Of a DNA stretch of 13,692 nucleotides, positions 5,658-12,270 are shown piece after piece (the first letter of the stretch is position 1; every line of letters starts with the position of its first letter). Under the pieces are notes generated by a model. The model ran no database searches, was not told the DNA's origin, and saw only the letters and a program-made list of their open reading frames with translations. This DNA is from a virus, in the IMG/VR virus record IMGVR_UViG_3300030320_000050, positions 1 to 13,692 of that record. One strand, 5' to 3'. The position numbers were made by a program, and so were the translations under genes.

Positions 5658-5813
5658 ATGGATGCTAGCACTGTGATTCAGGCTATTTCGAACGTTGGGT
5701 TTCCCATCGCGGCATTTTTGCTGATGTGGTACCAGTGCAACACTGTCGTGAGGGAAAACACGGCGGCTATTACCGAAATGCGTGTGGCCTTGGACGACAT
5801 CAAAAAAGGGTGA
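5658..5813 (+). CDS. YvrJ-family-like small membrane protein, 51 aa (possible holin)
   Basis: ATG at 5658 lies 7 nt after GGAGG (5646-5650). The sequence MDASTVIQAISNVGFPIAAFLLMWYQCNTVVRENTAAITEMRVALDDIKKG has one hydrophobic segment followed by a polar helix, like YvrJ proteins (..GFPI...FLL...). The longer ORF-track start at 5202 lies inside the ATPase gene and is rejected. Confidence 0.7.
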   Translation: MDASTVIQAISNVGFPIAAFLLMWYQCNTVVRENTAAITEMRVALDDIKKG

Positions 5814-5818
5814 TCGCC

Positions 5819-6052
5819 ATGGGATGCTACATTATTTTTGCTCAGTCGATTACCAACGAGCGTGCATACTTGCTGGCTGACTTGTGCACCCGTCTGGGCC
5901 TGGGCTATTACAGTGACTGGGCCAACGATGCCCGCACGCAGCAGTGCTGTGCCGTGGGTCCCGTCACCAAGGGTGACAAAGACCAGGTAGTTAAATGCCT
6001 GGCGCATGACACTTATGTTATTATGGAGGCGAAAAAAGTTGAAAACCAGTGA
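5819..6052 (+). CDS. Hypothetical protein, 77 aa
   Basis: This is the only + strand ORF filling 5814-6038. ATG 5819 has only a weak purine-rich upstream region (AAAAGGGTG). No motif was recognised. Confidence 0.5.
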   Translation: MGCYIIFAQSITNERAYLLADLCTRLGLGYYSDWANDARTQQCCAVGPVTKGDKDQVVKCLAHDTYVIMEAKKVENQ

Positions 6053-6431
6053 AAAAGCGGCCCTTGCCATGGCCGGTTACACCAAAGCCGAGATTGAGGC
6101 CATGGACAAACCCACGCAGACGGCCCCCGCCGCTGTGCAGAATCCTGCTATCCCGCAGCAGGTCCCGCCGTTGGCGGCTCCGCCCGCCAAGCAGATCGCA
6201 CCGCAGCCCGCCCAGCCCGCGCCGCAGCCCGTCGGCCAGTATGACGGCCTTGAAGCTCTGCTGCAGCAGATTTTGCAGGGTCAGCAGTCCACCACCCAGG
6301 CAATGCAGACCATGACCCAGACGATGCAGGCCAATGCGCTGGGACTTGGTATCCAGCAGCAGCCCGCAGCCGATGCAAGCACGGTGACGGCCCGTATCAT
6401 CGACCCCACGTATGGACAGGAGGTAAAATAA
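6039..6431 (+). CDS. Putative scaffolding protein, about 130 aa, with a Pro/Gln/Ala-rich centre
   Basis: It sits directly upstream of the capsid gene, as gp7 does in phi29. TTG at 6039 lies 9 nt after GGAGG (6025-6029). Alternative starts are ATG 6069 or ATG 6006, and neither has an SD. The C-terminal part is Q-rich and looks helical (LEALLQQILQGQQSTTQAMQTMTQTMQ). Confidence 0.55.
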   Translation: MKTSEKAALAMAGYTKAEIEAMDKPTQTAPAAVQNPAIPQQVPPLAAPPAKQIAPQPAQPAPQPVGQYDGLEALLQQILQGQQSTTQAMQTMTQTMQANALGLGIQQQPAADASTVTARIIDPTYGQEVK

Positions 6432-6432
6432 T

Positions 6433-7707
6433 ATGCCGCTTGGTATGAGTTTTGCGGACATTGCCGCAATTTTGACCGAGATCAACAAGATGGCAACCGG
6501 CCAGGAGCCCACGTCACCCATCGTGGACACCTCCAGTTTTGTGTCTGTAGCGCAGGCCACGCTGCTGACCGGCACCGACAACTACACCAAGGCAATCAGC
6601 CAGGTGCTGGGCCGCACTATTTTTGCGGTCCGGCCCTATGACGCGCCGATGAAGCGCCTGCAGGTTACCGGCGACGACTGGACTAACCACGTTCGCAAGA
6701 TCAATTTTTGCGATTCTGACCCCGTGACGGATAAAGCCTGGGCCCTGGAAGATGGCGATAGCGTCGACATGTACGAGGTACACAAGCCCCAGGTCCTGCA
6801 GACCAACTATTACGGCCAGACCAACTACAGCCGCGTATACACCCAGGCCGATACCCAGATGCAGGCGGCATTTAAGGGGCCGGAGGAGCTGGCACAGTTT
6901 TGGTCCTCTTTTGTGCTCCATCTGTCAAACCAGATCGAGGCCGACCGGCGCAACCTTGCAAACAACCTGATGGCAAACCACCTGACCGGCATGACCGTCA
7001 CCAGCCCCAAAAGCGTGATTTACCTGCTGGATGAGTACAACGCCCAGCAGGGCACCAAGCTCACGGTTGCCGACGTGTACAAAGAGGCCAATTTCCCCGG
7101 ATTTGCTAAGTTTGCATACGGGCGTATCAACGACATTTCCCGCCTGATGAAAGAACGCACGATCAACTGGCACCAGAACTGGACGATCGGCAGCAAGACT
7201 TACAACATTATGCGGCATACCCCGTATGATCGCCAGCACCTGTATCTGTACAGCGGCACCCAGAGCCAGATTGATGCCCGCGTTATTCCGGAGGTATTCC
7301 ACGATGACATGCTCCGGTACCGTGACGCGGAACAGGTCACGTTTTGGCAGGACATTGACGACCGCGAAACGATCGCCGCAACCCCTGTTGTTACCAGTAC
7401 GGCAGGCGCGGCAACCAAAAATGAAGCGGTGCAGCTGACCAACGTGTTTGGGTGCTTGCTGGACTGGGATGCAATCGGGTACACTCCGCGCCTGTCGCGT
7501 GTGGTCCCGACGCCCATGAACGCACGCGGCCTGTACACCAATTTCTGGTATCATTACGGCTGGAGCTGGTATGACGATTTTACCGAAAACGCCGTCCTGT
7601 TTTTGATGACGAAGGGCGACGTGACCGCGCCCAGCACTGGCCGTGCAGCCAAAGTCACCACCCTCAAAACTACCATGCACAAGGACGCTGACCCCTCCAA
7701 GTCCTGA
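6433..7707 (+). CDS. Major capsid protein, phi29 gp8-like
   Basis: 424 aa, with GGAGG 9 nt upstream. The C-terminal block ARGLYTNFWYHYGWSWYDDFTENAVLF parallels phi29 gp8 [27 protein letters not shown] (recalled). The gene is followed by a strong terminator. Confidence 0.9.
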   Translation: MPLGMSFADIAAILTEINKMATGQEPTSPIVDTSSFVSVAQATLLTGTDNYTKAISQVLGRTIFAVRPYDAPMKRLQVTGDDWTNHVRKINFCDSDPVTDKAWALEDGDSVDMYEVHKPQVLQTNYYGQTNYSRVYTQADTQMQAAFKGPEELAQFWSSFVLHLSNQIEADRRNLANNLMANHLTGMTVTSPKSVIYLLDEYNAQQGTKLTVADVYKEANFPGFAKFAYGRINDISRLMKERTINWHQNWTIGSKTYNIMRHTPYDRQHLYLYSGTQSQIDARVIPEVFHDDMLRYRDAEQVTFWQDIDDRETIAATPVVTSTAGAATKNEAVQLTNVFGCLLDWDAIGYTPRLSRVVPTPMNARGLYTNFWYHYGWSWYDDFTENAVLFLMTKGDVTAPSTGRAAKVTTLKTTMHKDADPSKS

Positions 7708-7712
7708 CCGGC

Positions 7713-7745
7713 ACCGGCGGGCTTTGGCCCCGCCGGTTATTTTAT
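7713..7745 (+). terminator. Rho-independent terminator after the capsid gene
   Basis: ACCGGCGGG (7713-7721) pairs with CCCGCCGGT (7729-7737) around a 7-nt loop, followed by TATTTTAT. Confidence 0.8.
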
Positions 7746-7760
7746 AAGAAGGTGCGCAGC

Positions 7761-9164
7761 ATGCAAGCAGTATTTTACCAAATCAACAAGCGCTCCAATA
7801 GTACCAAGTTACCCACCGGCGGGCGAACGTTTGAGATCAATCTCAAAAGCCCGTGTACCATCATCGACCCTGAAATTAAGATTGCTACAGAGAGTAACCC
7901 CACCGGGTACAATTATTGCAATATCCCCATTTTTGGCCGGTACTACTGGATTAAAAACTGGACATATTCGGACGCGCGCTGGATTGCATCCTTGACCGTC
8001 GACACCCTTGCAAGTTACCGGGACCAGATCAGCAGCGCTACAGAGTACGTTGTGAGATCGTCCGCCAAGTATGACGGCACAATTTCAGACGGCCTTTACC
8101 CGGCAACCGCTAAAGTGCAGAGCGTAACCACCTCTTTTCAAGGCGGATTTGCTGAAACAATCAGCGGTGGTTTTTTCGTGATAGGGTTTATTGCCAAAAA
8201 TGCCAACTCTATCGGAGCTATAACCTATGTAGTTATGACCCCCGGAAACGCTAAAAAACTATCTGCAAAATTGCTGACCGATGTATCATATCTTAGTATT
8301 GATAACACCGAAATCAGCGACAATTTGACAAAGGTCCTTTTCAATCCGTACCAGTATATCGTAAGTTGCAACTATTTTCCATTTGACATCGCTGAACTCA
8401 CCGCGCATTTGCCGCTTGTGGCTAAGATCGACGTGGGGTGGTGGTCTGTGGATGTCCCCGGCTGGATTTTGGGCGAAGATAACAATAACTTCAAAAAATC
8501 GGTAAGTGTGACTGTACCGAAGCACCCCCAGGCGGCAAATCGTGGCGAGTATTGCAATGTTGCCCCTTACACGGATTACACTATTTATTTGCAGCCCTAT
8601 GGAGTGATACCCCTTGATGCCTCTAAAATGTGGGGGGCTGCCACATTATCTATACAATATGTGACGGACCTTTTCACCGGTGACAGCGTACTGCGCATAT
8701 TTACAAATGGCAAACAGCTGGTACACGAGACGACCGCAAAACTAGGTGTGTCGGTGCAGCTGTCAAATATTAACTTTGGTATCCCCTCCGGCAGTGGTGG
8801 GCTTTTACAAACCGGTATTGCTGCAGCGTTTGGAGGTCTACAGGCGGCATTATCTGGCGGTACTTTTTCGGACGTCGGAAACGGTATTTTAAATGCAGCA
8901 CAAGCAACTAATGCGGATGTCGCAAGCAAAGGTGCTACAGGGTCTACAATCGCTTTTGATATGGCGCCCTACATGGTTGCCAGATTTAAAATTATTGTGG
9001 ACGACAACAACGAGGACCACGGCAGGCCCCTGTGCCAGCGGGTGCAGCTGTCCACCATCCCGGGGTTTATCATGGTTGATGACCCTGACCTTGCCTTACC
9101 GGCAACGGCCGCAGAGATCGACAGCGTCAAAAGCTTTTTGCGCAATGGATTTTTCCTTGAGTAG
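7761..9164 (+). CDS. Tail knob protein, phi29 gp9-like
   Basis: ATG 7761 lies downstream of AAGAAGGTG, and GTG 7752 is less likely. The layout matches gp9: a conserved N-terminal region (FGRYYWIKNW...), a Gly/Ala-rich flexible segment (GGLLQTGIAAAFGGLQAALSGG) and a C-terminal ...IDSVKSFLRNGFFLE, compare gp9 ..IRTIFDNGITLW (recalled). Its position after the capsid gene fits. Confidence 0.75.
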   Translation: MQAVFYQINKRSNSTKLPTGGRTFEINLKSPCTIIDPEIKIATESNPTGYNYCNIPIFGRYYWIKNWTYSDARWIASLTVDTLASYRDQISSATEYVVRSSAKYDGTISDGLYPATAKVQSVTTSFQGGFAETISGGFFVIGFIAKNANSIGAITYVVMTPGNAKKLSAKLLTDVSYLSIDNTEISDNLTKVLFNPYQYIVSCNYFPFDIAELTAHLPLVAKIDVGWWSVDVPGWILGEDNNNFKKSVSVTVPKHPQAANRGEYCNVAPYTDYTIYLQPYGVIPLDASKMWGAATLSIQYVTDLFTGDSVLRIFTNGKQLVHETTAKLGVSVQLSNINFGIPSGSGGLLQTGIAAAFGGLQAALSGGTFSDVGNGILNAAQATNADVASKGATGSTIAFDMAPYMVARFKIIVDDNNEDHGRPLCQRVQLSTIPGFIMVDDPDLALPATAAEIDSVKSFLRNGFFLE

Positions 9165-9178
9165 GAGGTGCCAAAACA

Positions 9179-9733
9179 ATGGCAGTATATAAGCAATGTA
9201 TTACAGGGGTATCACCAATTAGGGTATCGGCGGCATACCCCGCATACTCCGACGGCAGCTACCATGGCGGCATTGACACGGTGCATAAAGATCACAAGGC
9301 ATATGCACCAATGGCCGGCACGATCGTCACGGCCCATAAGTGGCAAGGCGGCACGACCGGCAACGATTCTTGGGGTAACTATATTGTAATTAAAATGAGC
9401 GATAACAGCTATTGGCTTGCAGCTCATTTTGCAAGCCAGATTCACAGCGTCGGCGAGACCATCACGCGCGGCCAATTTATTGGGCAGCAAGGCCAGACAG
9501 GCAACGCGAGCGGCATTCATACGCACTGGGAATACTGGGTAGGCGGTTATGGTACCGCGAACAGATCAGACCCCTCCGCCATTCTGGGCATTCCGAACCA
9601 GGTGGGAACCTGGGAAGTCGAATGGGATGCAAGCAATCCCCCCGGGCCGGGTCCTGGGCCGGGTCCGTGGCCTTCCGGCAAGCTGCCGGTGTGGCTGCTG
9701 TTTAAGATGGCAAAGGGGGGCAAGCTGCTGTGA
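9179..9733 (+). CDS. M23-family metallopeptidase (peptidoglycan endopeptidase; tail-associated lysin and/or endolysin)
   Basis: HxxxD motif YHGGIDT. The block AAHFASQIHSVGETITRGQFIGQQGQTGNASGIHTHWEYW matches the M23 consensus, including HxH. The C-terminus has a (PG)4 linker followed by GKLPVWLLFKMAKGGKLL. Confidence 0.9.
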   Translation: MAVYKQCITGVSPIRVSAAYPAYSDGSYHGGIDTVHKDHKAYAPMAGTIVTAHKWQGGTTGNDSWGNYIVIKMSDNSYWLAAHFASQIHSVGETITRGQFIGQQGQTGNASGIHTHWEYWVGGYGTANRSDPSAILGIPNQVGTWEVEWDASNPPGPGPGPGPWPSGKLPVWLLFKMAKGGKLL

Positions 9734-10671
9734 GTGCACCCTATAGCTATGATCAGATCAATGCCCATGTATCACCGGTAACACCGTCTGTCATGCACAC
9801 TAAGGGCAACAATCTGTCTTATTATTTTCGCAAATACCTGTTTTTGGAGGCGGTGGCAATGGTCCGGTGGACGCTCCCCGAAACCTGGCCCAGTAACCGC
9901 TTGCAATACCTGGTATTTGGCTCCGGCGGTGTGACGGTATTTAACACTGACCGGTATGGCCTGGTATATGATCGCATGGGACTGACCGGCATTAACATTT
10001 TTTATAATCCGACGCACTCAATCGTTGCAAATCCCTTTATCAAAGGGTCCCCGTATCTGCAGATCGGCAAGCAGTGCGAGATCATCAACCTGCAGCCTGA
10101 CTATAGGGGCATGGTGGACATTGTGGCATATTATGGGGACCTGATGGCCCTTGCCGCCCAGACCATCCAAAGCAATTTGATCAACAGCCGTTTGGCGTAT
10201 GTGTTTGCGGCAGGCAACAAGGCGGGTGCGGAATCTTTCAAAAAAATGTTTGACCAGATCATGCAGGGTGACCCCGCTGTATTCGTGGATTCCTCTTTGC
10301 TCAAAGCGTCCAAAAATGGGGGCACCGGGCAGAGCCCATGGATGTACTTTTCGGCAGACCTCAAAGGCAACTTTATCACCAATGAGCTGTTGACGGCCCT
10401 AAAAACCATCAAGGCGCTTTTTGACACGGAGGTCGGTATCCCCAACACCAACACGAGCAAAAAAGAGCGCATGTTGACCGATGAGGTCAATTCCAACAAC
10501 GTGGAGACAGCTGCAAAAGCGTCGCTGTGGCTGGACAGCCTGCAGCGCAGCTGCGAGCGAGTGCACAAACTTTTCCGCATTGACAGATCACAGTTGTGGG
10601 TTGATTGGAGATTCCCGCCCGACACGGGCACGCAGGAGGTGAGCAACAATGCACGCAACACTAAGCTTTAA
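9730..10671 (+). CDS. Portal / upper collar connector protein, phi29 gp10-like
   Basis: 313 aa. IPNTNTSKKERMLTDEVNSNNVETAAKASLWLDSLQRSCERVHKLF parallels gp10 [46 protein letters not shown] (recalled). The GTG start overlaps the previous stop (GTGA) and AAAGGGGGG lies 9 nt upstream. Confidence 0.9.
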   Translation: MSAPYSYDQINAHVSPVTPSVMHTKGNNLSYYFRKYLFLEAVAMVRWTLPETWPSNRLQYLVFGSGGVTVFNTDRYGLVYDRMGLTGINIFYNPTHSIVANPFIKGSPYLQIGKQCEIINLQPDYRGMVDIVAYYGDLMALAAQTIQSNLINSRLAYVFAAGNKAGAESFKKMFDQIMQGDPAVFVDSSLLKASKNGGTGQSPWMYFSADLKGNFITNELLTALKTIKALFDTEVGIPNTNTSKKERMLTDEVNSNNVETAAKASLWLDSLQRSCERVHKLFRIDRSQLWVDWRFPPDTGTQEVSNNARNTKL

Positions 10672-11338
10672 CGGGTTACTGGCAGGATACCCCACACTAT
10701 TCGACGACCTGCGAGTACCTGACAGCGTATCCAAAGAGGCGGTATGCAACCAGCTACTTTTTGATACGCTGGAGCTGGAGGTACTTTATACCGATGGCCC
10801 CACCATGCAAAGGGCCCTGGGGGTGTTTTCCCAAACCATGCTGCCCAGCTGGACCCGGTATGCCAAAGCCCTGGGCCTTGACTATGACGTGCTGGCCTCC
10901 GATGATCGTACCAGGACCGTGGAGCACAAGGGGACCAACAGCGGCGCCAACAGCAGCAAAAACGTGGTGGCAGGCAAAACTACCCGCACCCCGAACCTTA
11001 CCACTATCGGCCAAAACAATGGCAGTGACAACACTACCAGGGATGTGACGGGTTTTGACAGCGGGGCCTTTGTGCCCGCCGAAAAGAGTACCACCACCCT
11101 GGGCACCGGTAACAAGATCACCAGCACCGGCACCGACACAACCACCGACGACCAGACAACCACCAACAACGGCAGCACGAAGGCCGAAGACAGCTACAAA
11201 GACACCGTGACCGAAAAGGGCAGGGCGGGCAAAGACCCGCAGGACCTGATCGCCAAGGAGCTGACCATTGCGGCCAAAAACGCGGTGAATAAGATCGTTG
11301 CAGATATTCAGGCAAACTTTTGCCTGCTGGTATATTAA
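10649..11338 (+). CDS. Putative lower collar / tail tube protein (gp11 position)
   Basis: ATG 10649 follows GGAGGTG and overlaps the portal gene by 23 nt. The assignment rests on synteny (portal followed by lower collar in phi29-like phages). A long Thr/Asn/Gly-rich segment is compatible with beta-hairpin tube elements. No motif-level match was recalled. Confidence 0.55.
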   Translation: MHATLSFNGLLAGYPTLFDDLRVPDSVSKEAVCNQLLFDTLELEVLYTDGPTMQRALGVFSQTMLPSWTRYAKALGLDYDVLASDDRTRTVEHKGTNSGANSSKNVVAGKTTRTPNLTTIGQNNGSDNTTRDVTGFDSGAFVPAEKSTTTLGTGNKITSTGTDTTTDDQTTTNNGSTKAEDSYKDTVTEKGRAGKDPQDLIAKELTIAAKNAVNKIVADIQANFCLLVY

Positions 11339-11352
11339 GGAGATGGCAGCGA

Positions 11353-11994
11353 ATGAATGACATTTATCCGATTCACAAGGCGCCTTACACCAATTTCCAC
11401 GATCTTAATCTTGACTGGATTATTGACACGCTCAATGACATTGACCGGAGGCTTGCAAATTTTGTTAGCCTGAATACAATCAAGTACGCAGACCCCATTA
11501 AGTGGGACATCACCAGCCAGTACGCGCAAAACACCCTGGTTCTGGACCCGCAGGACGGCACTGCATATCTTTCCGTTCAGCCCGTCCCCCAGGGGGTGCA
11601 GATCACAAATACTGACTACTGGACCCCCGTGTTTACCCTGCAAAATTTTATTGACCCGCTCAAAAATGCTATCACAGCAGCCCCGCAGCAGGAAAACGGA
11701 CAGGCCGCAACCGAACAATTACCCGCAAACAGTGTGTTTTTTGTTGGGGATATCCTTTGCACAAACCCCCAGGTCATCCCAAAAACGTCGCTTGTGGTGA
11801 TTGGAACGAATTGCGTGGAAGTTTCCGTGGTCGACCTTATTTCACGACTGTTTAGCACGCCCACGGCGTGGTATCGGGTAAGCGATACTAGTATTAACAT
11901 GGGATTCCCGTCCAGTGCGGCAAGTACCGTATACGGCGGTGACGTCCATGTGTATAATCCGACAGACCAAACCATTACCATTACAGGGAGGTAA
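11353..11994 (+). CDS. Putative tail fiber / appendage (receptor-binding module) protein, 213 aa
   Basis: ATG 11353 lies 9 nt after AAGGAG, and the ORF-track start at 11320 overlaps the previous gene. The N-terminus ...FHDLNLDWIIDTLNDIDRRL... resembles the conserved N-terminal anchor of Firmicute phage fiber or spike proteins (recalled, weak). The position after the collar genes fits. Confidence 0.5.
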   Translation: MNDIYPIHKAPYTNFHDLNLDWIIDTLNDIDRRLANFVSLNTIKYADPIKWDITSQYAQNTLVLDPQDGTAYLSVQPVPQGVQITNTDYWTPVFTLQNFIDPLKNAITAAPQQENGQAATEQLPANSVFFVGDILCTNPQVIPKTSLVVIGTNCVEVSVVDLISRLFSTPTAWYRVSDTSINMGFPSSAASTVYGGDVHVYNPTDQTITITGR

Positions 11995-11999
11995 GTACA

Positions 12000-12260
12000 A
12001 TGCCTGATGTATCTATTTTTAATCTGGGTGGCCAGAACCTTAACGTAAAAGACGCCACTGCCCGCAGCAACGCGCAGAGCGCCAACACCGCAGCCACGGA
12101 GGCAGCAAAAACGGCAAACGAAGCGCTTAAAAAAGCTCAAGAGATTGAGAAACTTTCCCGCGTGACTGTTACCTATGAGCCGACTCACGAAACCATCACC
12201 ATTACTACCGCAACCCACACCACTACCGCAACCCGCACCGCGACCGATTCCAAGAAGTAA
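12000..12260 (+). CDS. Small fiber-associated coiled-coil protein, 86 aa
   Basis: GGGAGG lies 9 nt upstream. The N-terminal NLNVKDATAR motif is shared with the next gene (YKVKDTTAR). It has an Ala/Lys/Glu helical segment and a Thr-rich tail containing an 18-bp x2 repeat (12204-12239). Confidence 0.55.
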   Translation: MPDVSIFNLGGQNLNVKDATARSNAQSANTAATEAAKTANEALKKAQEIEKLSRVTVTYEPTHETITITTATHTTTATRTATDSKK

Positions 12261-12270
12261 GGAGGTTACC

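Noticed and set aside
6049-6315. Arg/Pro-rich 88-aa ORF, and the 1884-2144, 1344-1538, 9412-9705 and 10761-11048 alternative-frame + strand ORFs.
   Set aside because: All are embedded out of frame in better-supported genes, lack SD sites, and have extreme Arg/Pro/Cys-rich composition typical of off-frame translation.
12204-12239. An 18-bp x2 tandem duplication (ACTACCGCAACCCRCACC) and the 12-bp x2 repeat at 9644-9667.
   Set aside because: Both are real in the sequence but only two copies each. They simply encode low-complexity TTATxT and PGPG linkers, so they are noted under the host genes rather than as separate elements.
12175-12270. In-frame upstream extension of the SGNH fiber ORF (MSRLTKPSPLLPQPTPLPQP...), or a programmed frameshift fusing the 86-aa ORF to the fiber.
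   Set aside because: The extension is a Pro-rich shadow of the Thr-rich tail of the 86-aa ORF. ATG 12271 has a perfect AAGGAGG. A fusion would need a +1 shift, and I see no slippery or shifty motif. Kept only as a remote possibility.
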